A program made the position numbers and the translations under genes. Shown here piece by piece: positions 1 through 11,954 of a DNA stretch of 64,000 nt (position 1 is its first letter; every line of letters begins with the position of its first letter). The notes beneath the pieces were generated by a model. It saw only the letters and a list, made by a program, of their open reading frames with translations, made no database searches and was not told the DNA's origin. The stretch comes from Rhynchobatus australiae. Its lineage: Eukaryota. The stretch spans positions 14,861,934 to 14,925,933 of the forward strand of contig JAUZTB010000062.1 in the NCBI GenBank assembly GCA_034780895.1, read 5' to 3'.

Positions 1-230
1 GGGGATCTAAGAAGGGGAAGTTTTTCCAGATAGAGAGTGGTTGGAATCTGGAATGTGCTGCCTGAGGAGGTAGTGGAGGCAGATACTTTCACAATGTTTA
101 AGAAGCAACTAGACGAACACTTAGATTGCTGAGGCATAAAAGGCTACGGATGAAATGCAAGTAAATGGGATTAGTGTAGGCAAGTACAATGATCAGCTTG
201 GACACGCTAGGTTGAAGGTCCTGCTTCTGT
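1..230 (+). mobile_element. CR1-like LINE 3' end
   Basis: Resembles the other CR1 tails in the window (gagagtggttggaatctggaat...gtggaggcagat...ggctgaagg-like tail); boundaries approximate. Confidence 0.6.
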
Positions 231-563
231 GCTTCCTGCTTCATAGGAAGGTACTGCTTCCTGCTTCATAGGAAGCCACTATACATACTGAACCATAGTT
301 TTCTAATTCTGTAAATTGTAAGGATACAAACATCAAAACGTGTTATAACCCAATTTGCCTGTGCCTTGTGGCAAAAGTGATCTTCTGAAAGTATTCAAGT
401 ACAGAACGTTAAGGATAAAATTCATCTTTGGCAAGGGCAAAGGTGTGAAATAGTAAAAGTTAATCTGGTGGGATGTCCAACAGGGGTGGATCTGCTTTCA
501 CTCGTTTTGCACTCCTGCTGTACTTAAACCTTGCTCCAGTTAAAGTTATTTGCATACACTTAC

Positions 564-662
564 TTGCATTGGCAAAATGTAGCCTCCTCGCACATGGACA
601 TTTATAGTATCCAAGGGTGCCTGTAGTACAATGTACTGGCCTTTGCTATGAACAGCAGAGCC
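564..662 (-). CDS. GAA: GAA copy A exon 17 ([33 protein letters not shown])
   Basis: 99 nt; acceptor tttag at 663, donor gtaagt at 563; APLDTINVH motif. Confidence 0.93.
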
Positions 663-1171
663 CTAAACATTGAAATATACAGGATGAGACACAGATAGAG
701 ATATTAAAATGGAGACAAATTTATAGCTGCACACACAGAGATAAGAACACTAGGTACACACTGGGGTTAATCTATTTAACTATGTGATCAACTATATAAC
801 TTCCAGGCTGTAGAGAAGTAGATTTTGAATGGAGTTGAAAACTCCCAGCACGGGATATTTCATCGCAGTTGTTTTACAATTCCTTCGAGTGGAACATTTT
901 TAATGAACACTGCCCCCCCCAATGTTGACTGACTACAACAGAAAAAGTCTGCGTAATAATTAGCTTGGTTGATAGCTTCGACGAGCACACAGACTTGAGG
1001 AGAGGCATGAAATGGGCCACTGCACAAATCAGCAAGGTCTTATTTGAATGACATCTCAGATCAAGCTGTGACACAAATGTAGGCACAGTAAACATGGGAT
1101 AACTGATGTAGTACACCATCCATAATCACACATTGCAAGGTTCAAGAATGGGAGATGTATGACTCACTTAC

Positions 1172-1313
1172 ATTGTACAGATCATACCATGTAGTTGAGG
1201 GAAAATAGGCAGACACTACCACTGTTTTAGGCTCTAATACTGGAGTGACAAGAAGGGCCTCCCCCAACATGAACTGACGATCAATGCTCCAGGTACCTAG
1301 ATCTTGAGAGAAT
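1172..1313 (-). CDS. GAA: GAA copy A exon 16 (FSQDLGTWSIDRQFMLGEALLVTPVLEPKTVVVSAYFPSTTWYDLYN)
   Basis: 142 nt as in human exon 16; AG/GT boundaries; within ORF 1142-1360. Confidence 0.95.
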
Positions 1314-2081
1314 CTAAATCCAAGAAAGAGAATGTTTATTTTTCTGTATAACACCAACACAATTGATAGAAGAGTTCATACGAAGTTACTTTGTTTTTTT
1401 TAAACTGTAAAATGTATATCAAAATAGATATTTTAATACTTCCCACANNNNNNNNNNNNNNNNNNNNNNNNNNNNNNNNNNNNNNNNNNNNNNNNNNNNN
1501 NNNNNNNNNNNNNNNNNNNNNNNNNNNNNNNNNNNNNNNNNNNNNNNNNNNNNNNNNNNNNNNNNNNNNNNNNNNNNNNNNNNNNNNNNNNNNNNNNNNN
1601 NNNNNNNNNNNNNNNNNNNNNNNNNNNNNNNNNNNNNNNNNNNNNNNNNNNNNNNNNNNNNNNNNNNNNNNNNNNNNNNNNNNNNNNNNNNNNNNNNNNN
1701 NNNNNNNNNNNNNNNNNNNNNNNNNNNNNNNNNNNNNNNNNNNNNNNNNNNNNNNNNNNNNNNNNNNNNNNNNNNNNNNNNNNNNNNNNNNNNNNNNNNN
1801 NNNNNNNNNNNNNNNNNNNNNNNNNNNNNNNNNNNNNNNNNNNNNNNNNNNNNNNNNNNNNNNNNNNNNNNNNNNNNNNNNNNNNNNNNNNNNNNNNNNN
1901 NNNNNNNNNNNNNNNNNNNNNNNNNNNNNNNNNNNNNNNNNNNNNNNNNNNNNNNNNNNNNNNNNNNNNNNNNNNNNNNNNNNNNNNNNNNNNNNNNNNN
2001 NNNNNNNNNNNNNNNNNNNNNNNNNNNNNNNNNNNNNNNNNNNNNNNNNNNNNNNNNNNNNNNNNNNNNNNNNNNNNNNNN

Positions 2082-2420
2082 GGGGGGATCTCATTGAAAC
2101 CTAGTGAGAGAGTCTAGGACCACAGGGCACATCCTCAGAATAGAAGGACATCCCTTTGGAACAGAGATGAGGAGGAATTCTTCAACCAGAGGGTGGTGAG
2201 TCCGTGGAATTCATTGCCACAGATGGCTATGGAGGCCAAGTCATTGGGTACATCTAAAGCGGAGGTTGATAGGTTCTTGATTAATGAGGGCGTCAAAGGT
2301 TATGGGGAGAAGGCAGGAGAATGAGGGTTAAGAGGGAAAAATAAATAAGCCATGACTGAATGGCAGAGCAGTCTCGAAGGGCTGAATGGCCTAACTCTGC
2401 TCCTAGGTCTTATGGTCTAA
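2082..2420 (+). mobile_element. CR1-like LINE 3' end
   Basis: GDLIET...RGH.L...RRNFF.QRVV..WNSLP-type RT C-terminus, then 3'UTR gggctgaatggcctaactctgctccta and a short repeat tail. Confidence 0.75.
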
Positions 2421-2519
2421 AATAACCAATGGTACATACACTCATAGATATACTTAGAAACATTTTATGGAACTGTGTCTGTATCTCATAGTTGAATTTC
2501 TAAACTCAGGTATGCTACC

Positions 2520-3060
2520 TAGAACATTAGAAAGTGGAACAGGAGTACACCATTCAACAGTCTGAGCATATTCTGCCATTCAATAAGACCATAGCTGACC
2601 TGGTGCTTCCTATCTACTGTACTGATTCCCAAAATATTCTGATTCCCAAATATATTCTTTTCCAGTTTAAATCTACTTAATAATTGAGCATCAGTAGGCT
2701 TCTTCTGCAGAGAATTCCAAAGATTCACAATCTTCAAAACATTTTCTTTATCTCAGTCCTAATTCCTGACTACTTCTAGGCTCTTGATAGATAAATAATG
2801 TTTTACTATGTACCTTGTCAATTCCTCTCAAAACTTTTTCTTTTAAGTTTCTGATAGTGCAGGTCCACCCTACTCAGTCTTTCATCACAGGACAGTCCCC
2901 TCATCCCATTTAACAAGCCTTAATTGCATCACCTTGGAGGCAACTATATTTTTTGTTTACAAAGGAAACTAGAACTGAATGCAGCACCAAAGCCTGAACA
3001 GTTGCTGCACGATTTCCTTATGCTTCTCCACCAATCTCTGTATTTTTGCATTTACTTTCC
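2520..3060 (-). mobile_element. Decayed CR1-like LINE 3' fragment
   Basis: ORF 2519-2737 reads KIVNLWNSLQ, matching the CR1 RT C-terminus. Confidence 0.6.
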
Positions 3061-3444
3061 TAACTGCTTGATGTAGCTGCACATTGATTTCTGCCATCAT
3101 GGAAATTTACAACACAATGGCGCATTCAGCCAAGCCTGGCAATAAAATACTATNNNNNNNNNNCATGTTAAGTAACATCTTAAATCTTGATCCATAGTTT
3201 CCACGTTATGCACTTCAAGGGCTCATCCAGATATTTTCAAAATGTATTGGGGCTGTTTACCATCATCAGCCTTTCAGATCCTCAGTTCCAGATCCTCCTC
3301 CAAGCTTTGGGTGAAGAAAAAATTTACCTCCTCCCTAATCCTTCCATTAATTCCCTTAAAACCAAATGCCCTGGTTAACATCATCTCTGCTAAGGGAAAC
3401 TTATCCTTCCTGCTCACTGTATCTAAGCCTCACTTAGTGCTACA

Positions 3445-3915
3445 CTCAGAGAAATGCAGCACAAAAACAGGCCCTTCAACCCACCAAGTCCATGCTAACC
3501 ATCAATTACCCATTTGCACTAATCCTACATCAATCCCTTTTTATTTGTGTCCTCATCAACTCCCTCCAGATTCTACCACTCACCAACACACTGGGAATAA
3601 TGCACAAATGCCAATTTAACCTACCAACTCACGTGTCTTTGGGACACAATGGAGCATTCAGCCAAGCCTGGCAATAAAGTACTATACATGTTAAGTCTCA
3701 TCCCAAATCTTGATCCAGTTTCCACAATATGCCAAGATAAGACGACAAGCTTTTCACTGTACCTCAGTACAAGTGATAATAATAAACCAATACCAATGTG
3801 GGAGAAAACTGGAGCACCACATGGTAACAGGGAGAACGTGCAAACTCCAAACAGACAGTGCAAAAGGTCAGGATTGTACCCAAGTCTCTGGCACAGTGAG
3901 GCAGTGGCTCTGCCC
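3445..3915 (-). mobile_element. tRNA-type SINE, interrupted by an insert at about 3644-3795
   Basis: Reverse copy of the SINE at 26050 and 57120 (gtgggagaaaactggagcacc...gggagaacgtgcaaactcc). Confidence 0.65.
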
Positions 3916-4928
3916 CAATGTACTTGTATATACCTTTGTATATACCTTGACTAAGTCTTCCTTCAACCTCCTTTGATCCAAAGGAAACAACCAGTCCAGC
4001 TAATACTACCACCCTCAGAGGCATCCTGTTATCTCTGCACTTCATAATTTAACAGCAACTTATCTTTTAACAAATAATCTGGTTTTCTAGTCTTCTTACT
4101 AAAAATGAATAATGTTCCATTTCCCCATATTACAATTTGCTATCCATTGCTATACATACTTGTAACTCAATATTCTCCTTACAGCTTGCTTTCCCAACTA
4201 GGTTTTCACCATCAGCAAATTTATAAATGGTGAAAAGCCCCTTGGCCAATGAAGCCCTCTAAACAAAAAAAAAATCATCTCTTCCATTTAGGCAATATTA
4301 CCAGACAAGTACAAGAAAACCATTCTTAAGAAGGTGAACACCAAAAAAATTTCCAGATGCTGGAAATCTAAAATAAAAACAGAAAGTGCTAGAAGCAGGA
4401 AACTTAAAATAAGCATTTCCAGCATTTTGTGTTTTTAAGAAGGGTTGTGCTTCATGTGCAAGCTAAAATCTAAAATATAAAGGACAATATAAACATTGGG
4501 GTTTCTGGTGACCCATATTGTAATTTGGAATCAACCCATGGAGCAAGTTAGATTTCAAATTAAAATACAAGTAGATCATTTAAAATAAATCCAGATGCCA
4601 TGCAGATATCTCACAGTTCCAGCAATCCAAGTTTGATTCTGACATCTGGTGGAGTTTGCATGTTCTTCCTGTGACAGTGTGGGTTTCTCCTGTGCACTCT
4701 GATTTTCTCCTACATCCTTAAGGCATGCTGGTTGTTAAGTTAAATTGCTACAAACACCCTACAGTAGGTGACTGGTGGGAGAATAAGTGGGGTGTGAGTG
4801 AGCAAGAGAAGGTTACCAAGACAATAAGTGGGGGATTTGGTTTGAGATCTAATATAGGCCAAATAGCTTACTCCTAACTTCATTGGCGCGCAAGTACATT
4901 TTAAACACATCACTAAAAGGTGACATAC

Positions 4929-5077
4929 TCAAATGACAGTGGCCGAACAACCATCTCTCCAGCAGTGTGTGCTTTGTGGAAAAGTGTGTAAAGAAAAGGC
5001 AGCAGCATGTATCTGGTGAAGAGAGCTTTCCGCATTGCTGATTGTGCTGACTCACTGAAGACATAAGGTTCCTGAGA
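4929..5077 (-). CDS. GAA: GAA copy A exon 15 ([50 protein letters not shown])
   Basis: 149 nt; acceptor ttttcag, donor gtatgt. Confidence 0.95.
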
Positions 5078-5126
5078 CTGAAAAACAAAAAGCACACAGT
5101 CCTATTTTAACATTTGCTACTCCCAT

Positions 5127-5589
5127 TGAGTGGTAAATATTAACTCGTGCTTTGGTCCTCAATATCATCTAATTGATTCCAATAGCTTGCCAGAGAAGAG
5201 GCCTCAATGTCAGGCTATTGCATCTCTGGCAGAAACCCTCAGGCACACTTTTAATGGCACTTTCATAATTAGGGGATGGGGACGATGGGGCTTTGGGGGG
5301 TGGGGGAAGTAAAAGTGGGAGGAAATAAGGGTGGTTGGGGAAGATAAGGGTAGTGATTAGAATTAATTCAATCTGTGAGATTCCTATCAACTAAAGTTAA
5401 TTGTATTTAAGTGGTATGTATCAGCTGGGGGCTCTTCTGTGTCCATTTATGTAGAAGCAAGCTTGTGAATAGGATTACAAGTTTATCCGGCTATGCACAG
5501 TACAGAATGTGTCAGACTATGTGTGTTTCTGTGAATAAAGGGTTTAATGCAACTATTGACTAGGCTCCAGTATATTCCCCTTCACCACA
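5127..5589 (+). mobile_element. Possible LTR relic
   Basis: Starts tg(a)gtggtaaat, ends ttcaccaca, with an internal AATAAA at about 5534; no clean target-site duplication. Confidence 0.3.
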
Positions 5590-6638
5590 TGTTGGTGATT
5601 GGTCCTTTTGGGCCGTAAGGAACATCAGCTCCCAATAGTAGTTTGGCAAGAAGCACGAGTACTAGTTACTTCCTGAGAAATGAGAACANNNNNNNNNNNN
5701 NNNNNNNNNNNNNNNNNNNNNNNNNNNNNNNNNNNNNNNNNNNNNNNNNNNNNNNNNNNNNNNNNNNNNNNNNNNNNNNNNNNNNNNNNNNNNNNNNNNN
5801 NNNNNNNNNNNNNNNNNNNNNNNNNNNNNNNNNNNNNNNNNNNNNNNNNNNNNNNNNNNNNNNNNNNNNNNNNNNNNNNNNNNNNNNNNNNNTGTGCATG
5901 TTAGGCAACTGCTACTGATATCTTTATCTCAAACCTTCAATTGTTTCTTCTTGAATTTTGAAAGCATCGCCTTCAGGCATGAAACTTTTATTGACAGCTG
6001 AGGAAATGTTTGTAACCTAGAAACCAATAGATCACAGTGAAGAAAATTGCATGGAGAGAAATAATGGGATTGTGGGGGAACTTCTCACACTCAATCGCAC
6101 AGTTCAAAGATGCATCTCAAAAATAAAAAGAACTGTATTCTTTGATTTTATTACGATGTTTTTTTCATGGAAATGATAACTGCCAAGGCAAATACAATAC
6201 AAATTAAACGTCTCGATTCAGAGTCATGCAGCAAGGAAAGAGGCCCTTTGGCACAACTTGTCCATGCCAACTGTTGTCCTGCAAGCTGGTCCCACCTGCC
6301 TGGGTTTGGTCCATAGCCCTCAAAACCTCTCCTATCCATGTGGCTCCTCATCCAGATGGCTCTTAAATGTTGCTAATGTGCTCACCTCAACCACTATTTC
6401 TGGCAGCTCATTCCAAATATGCATCACCCTTTGTGTGAAGAAGCTGACTCTAATGTCCCTCTTAAATCTCTTGCCTCTGATCTTAAACCTCTTGTTTTTA
6501 GCACCCCCTCCCTGAGAAGTCTACTTCACAGATTGTCCTAGTGCATTAACAGAGGTGCAGATCACATCCTTTCATACGGAACAAATAATGAACAATCCAC
6601 CAATTTTCAATCCTTACATCTTACAGTATTAAATATTA

Positions 6639-6863
<225 letters not shown>

Positions 6864-7778
6864 TCATAGTTAAATCATACATTATTGACAAAGCATTGTA
6901 TGACTACACTACTCTAAATAAAACAAAAATCAGAGCTTTATTCTCTGGTGGAACAATACACGCTGCATCTTCGGTTTTGCCAGAATGCAGAAACATTGGG
7001 GCAGCAGGAATTTAAAACAAGGAGAATTTTCATATACATACAGGTGGCTAGCATACAACAGCAAGGGCAGAGGCTGAGAGCAGTTGTTTGTTCCATTGTC
7101 AGCAGGTGAAGTTGCTTGGTTCATGGATTCAACATTGAAATAAAAATTAGGAAGTCTAGATTTTGAAAAATGAAAGAGATAGATACTATAAAGACACTAT
7201 ATTGAACAACCTTTCNNNNNNNNNNNNNNNNNNNNNNNNNNNNNNNNNNNNNNNNNNNNNNNNNNNNNNNNNNNNNNNNNNNNNNNNNNNNNNNNNNNNN
7301 NNNNNNNNNNNNNNNTATATATATATATATAAAACAGATGATTCTTGTATCTTTCCATTAATCATGATATCTATGTAGTTTACAACAGTATTCTATCCTC
7401 AATAGCTGGTACGGATATCAGAAAGGCATAATAACATCTTAATATAAAATGCAAGACAAAATTAACATCTCAACTAACTTAAACCAATAATTCAAATGCT
7501 TCCTTTTCAAACACTTCATGGCTTTACTTTTATTAGAGAAAAAGGAAAAAGTTAGTTGCTTAATACCATGATCATGCAAATTATGTATTACGATTACTAT
7601 GGTAAACTAAAACTATATTCTAAAGGACAACATTTAAAATTTTGAAAAGGACAAAAATATTCAAAAATAAGATCTGAAAGTGCTGGAAATGCTCAACAGA
7701 TAGACGATATCCTTGTAGAAAGGAAGTTAGGGTTAACTTTTTGGGTAAATTTCCAAAACTTTATCCTAATACATATAC

Positions 7779-7912
7779 CTGGGATGGTATAATACATGTC
7801 ATTCCAGTTGCTTGAGATGTCCCCAGTCCAGTGTCCAGCATAATGACCATGACTGGGGAACGTGGACCGTGAAATCACAAAAGGACGTTTTCCAATCACC
7901 TTGATCAATGCA
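7779..7912 (-). CDS. GAA: GAA copy A exon 13, catalytic acid/base ([44 protein letters not shown])
   Basis: 134 nt; the Asp of HWTGD is equivalent to human D616. Confidence 0.96.
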
Positions 7913-8479
7913 CTAAGTTCAAGAGAGAAGACAATGTGCAATACATGTTGGCTTAAAATTTTCATCAACTGATTCCTGCCAATAAACTCTTCACTTTAAT
8001 TCAAACTACAGAAGTTCTTTTCAGTGATGCACCAACCTCACTGAAGTTGCTGAAGCCAGTCAGTAATGGATTTTTAAGACTAGTAGCAACACCCAAGGCC
8101 CTTTATTGCTGTCACTGTGCCATAACTACTTAATTTAAATAATTAGAATTTAGTCACGGGGTTCTATAGGTATTACACCACTTGTGCTTACTTACAGTAT
8201 ACTTCCTAGCCTCATTTATAGAGCATTACTATGCACAGATTAAATCACATTTAGCACCTTGCACTACCACATTGTTATGTGTTGGAACTGATATTGCTAA
8301 GATTTAGAGAAAGCAGAAGCAGACAGGGAAGGTTGCAGAAATATTGCAAACCCCTAAGTGATAGTCCACTCCAGGGTCTGATCAGATCAATCACTGGACA
8401 GCAAGCAAGGAGAACAGTGAAACAAGCTCTGGGGGAATGCAATAGCACTGGCTGTTAAACAGTTGCCAAAGTCAACTTC

Positions 8480-8673
8480 AAAGTCAAAGTCGAGTTTATT
8501 GTCATATGAGCAAGTTCATGTCAAAGTCAAATTGTGTATAATTTATATTTATGTTTTTTTCTTGTGAATGCCGCTTATATGATGTTATGTGCCTGTGATG
8601 CTACTGCAAGTTTTTCATTGCACCAGTGCACACATTTACTTGTGCACATGACAATAAACTCGACTTTGACTTT
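8480..8673. repeat. 36-bp inverted repeat formed by opposed LINE tails
   Basis: 8480-8515 is the reverse complement of 8638-8673 with 3 mismatches. Confidence 0.7.
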
Positions 8674-9117
8674 AATGATGTTGATTCAAGACCAAGAATC
8701 ACCAAATAATTCAAAGAATTTGAAGAATGTCTGGATTTGAAAACTGGTTCATGCTGAGTTGTCTGACCTCAGCTAAATGATAAATAAAAGCTACTTTTGA
8801 CAGTGGTGCCTTGAGTTAGGAGAGGAGAGATAAATATGTTGTTCTTGGCTCCTGATCTACAGTGTGCTTACTCGTGTGCATTCAGTGAGCCCTTTGCATC
8901 ACTTTAAATTGGATTACCTTGATAAACCCATTTTCCAAAGCTTGCACTTGAAGAATAGCTTTTTGCTCAAGATACTGGAGAGCAACCAGCAACTCAAAAC
9001 AAAACTTGTGGTGTGAAAACTTTAAAACATTCTGTACAAAAAGCTTTGTCCTGTTATATACACGATTGCACCCATGCCCATTAAAATTAATGCATAACTA
9101 TTATAAAGGTCACTCAC

Positions 9118-9235
9118 TCATGAGTAGCGATGGCCTCAGTCAATCCATATAAGTTGTGCAGGTTATAATGTGATGACAGGTACAGTTTTCCAGTCATACA
9201 CACTGTGCGAGACCTCAGATATCCTCCAGTTACAT
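9118..9235 (-). CDS. GAA: GAA copy A exon 12 ([38 protein letters not shown])
   Basis: 118 nt; HYNLHNLYG motif; cag/gtgagt boundaries. Confidence 0.95.
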
Positions 9236-10415
9236 CTGCAGCAGACAAACAGACAACATTCATTTTCATAGTGNNNNNNNNNNNNNNNNNNNNNNNNNNN
9301 NNNNNNNNNNNNNNNNNNNNNNNNNNNNNNNNNNNNNNNNNNNNNNNNNNNNNNNNNNNNNNNNNNNNNNNNNNNNNNNNNNNNNNNNNNNNNNNNNNNN
9401 NNNNNNNNNNNNNNNNNNNNNNNNNNNNNNNNNNNNNNNNNNNNNNNNNNNNNNNNNNNNNNNNNNNNNNNNNNNNNNNNNNNNNNNNNNNNNNNNNNNN
9501 NNNNNNNNNNNNNNNNNNNNNNNNNNNNNNNNNNNNNNNNNNNNNNNNNNNNNNNNNNNNNNNNNNNNNNNNNNNNNNNNNNNNNNNNNNNNNNNNNNNN
9601 NNNNNNNNNNNNNNNNNNNNNNNNNNNNNNNNNNNNNNNNNNNNNNNNNNNNNNNNNNNNNTCTAGCTCTACTCTCCACGAATAACCTGAATTTCAAATC
9701 TACTCAATTCTTAAAAGCAAGAATGTGTCACCTGGGTATGCACAATTTTCAGGAATAAAGGCAAACTTCTCCATGGAAAACAATTTTCTTCCAACCTCTA
9801 ATCTTAATTACACCTCATGCACCTCACAAAATCGTGGTGCTGGTTGTAACAAAATACTTATTCATGTTTGTGAATTTACAAGATTTTTCATCTTAAATAT
9901 ATGGAAATAATGCTGTACAACACAGTCTTGCTCTAAATCATTTTCAATATGTCTGAGCATGCCTGAATAACATGCAGTAAGGACTGTGCACTAATGCAGC
10001 AAGTGGCAGAAAATCATGCCATTTTAAATACAGAAGTATCACTAGTGTTCACACGGAAAAATTTCTTCAGTGTTTTAACTACAGAAGTAAGAGTGTCGTG
10101 TCTGGCTACACAGACACAGGGGCAGAATCTGACTAAATGAAAGACTGGATCAATTCTATATTGTCAGTTCTGTTCATGCTCATGTACTGCACTGTTTATA
10201 AACAGCCTTACTTGATAACTTTACATTACTTTGCATGTTAATTTTATGTTCAGCAATGTTTGAATAAAGAAATGCAAACATGACAGTAAATTTTTTGTGA
10301 TAAAACTTGAATTATCATAAGCATATTGAATACAAGTTATAAAGTAACAACCAAGTGGACTTTGCACAGCTCTAGCAATTGTCTCACAGAACAAAAGATT
10401 TGTGAACTTAGTTTA

Positions 10416-10538
<123 letters not shown>

Positions 10539-11481
10539 CTAGGCAAAGTAATAACAGCACATTTCAAATAGGTTTACAGAGGCTGGGTGGAGTGTCAAAT
10601 TCAAGTCCAGACTACACTGATAGGATGACAGCCTGTGGTGAGGTTGGAATGCAGAATGAGTGGGGACAGTTTTAAGTTCAAGTTTGATGTGGAAATGGGT
10701 TCCAATGCAGCACATTTAGAGGGCAAAAGATGGCATGAAAAACAATTCTTTAAAGTCATGCCACATTAAGAAGGTTCATTTTGAAACTGCAACTGTGACA
10801 GGGTAAACTTAATCAAACCTTTCAACACTAAGAGATGCACAATGGTAATCTTAAGCCCTAAAAAAGGAGTCATTCTGCAGTCATTTTATTCCAAATGAAA
10901 GTAAACTTCAGGCTTCCTGTTCTCAAATATCCAATAAAAGAATACAGAATGAACTTGTTCTTTGTATTAAGTAGGACTCAGCTGTTTTCATGCAACCCTG
11001 TTGACCCTTCACTGTGTTAAAAAAAAATTTTAAGACATGCATTTCCAAGTCAGAGAAGCTTAAAGCAAAGCTGTCCATTGAACAACATACACATTAGTTA
11101 TTATTTTAATGGGATACAGTTGAAGTGAGTAGAACTGCACAGTAAACTGCATAATCATAAATAACAACAATAAAAGTCAACAGAATGACATACTGGGACT
11201 GAATTCATAATGCTTGAAATTAACAGACTTTTAATAGAGACAACAGAATTTTGGATTGAGGTGCTGTTCAGAGAGGCATTTAAAAAGCTTACTTGTAAGC
11301 CAATAACTGATATTTTAAGAACCACTTATGATATTTTCAGGATAAATATTTCTGGGATTTTTCACTTCTTCATGTGAAAGAGTTGGTTCAGTTATGCTGT
11401 CAATGTTACTTAACACTTGGTGAACAGCAAATGGAAAAATTGAATACAAAGACAAAACAAACTTCTCATTGCTGCACTGAC

Positions 11482-11592
11482 CTTGCCTATTAATGGTTCA
11501 TCAGTTTCATTTTTTATAAAGACACCTCTCTTTACGCCATCATCATATGGTTTGTATTTCCCTGTTGCCTGTGCACTGCTAATTCCTGGATC
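11482..11592 (-). CDS. GAA: GAA copy A exon 9 ([37 protein letters not shown])
   Basis: 111 nt; tag/gtcagt boundaries; conserved NET sequon. Confidence 0.95.
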
Positions 11593-11954
11593 CTACAGCA
11601 GGAAGCAAAAAAGCTGTTACAAAGAACTCTTAAGGAAAAGGAGTATGAGAATTACTGCAAATATGCAGGTAATCACGGTAAGGTGAGGAACAAGGTACAT
11701 TGGCACATGGAGAGATCAAAGGGCATATTAAGAGATCATTAGACAATGCAACATTTTCCATAATTTGGCTGAAAAATGGCTCTACTCTCGGTGGTCTTGA
11801 TTCATCTATGAAAAATAGCCACATGATGTACAGGAAGTATCTGGTATCCATTAAATTATACTCTACCCAGAAATATCATCTTCAGATAGACTTTAGAAGG
11901 GGATTACATCACAACCCCATGATGTATTGTGTTCTGAAAAATCAAAACAAATAA

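Noticed and set aside
230-275. 21-bp direct repeat tgcttcctgcttcataggaag, twice
   Set aside because: Two units at a LINE tail; a simple local duplication, not an array.
1336-2104. Long ORFs in the track containing X runs (also at about 18 kb, 32 kb, 53 kb and 58 kb)
   Set aside because: They are open only because they cross N gaps.
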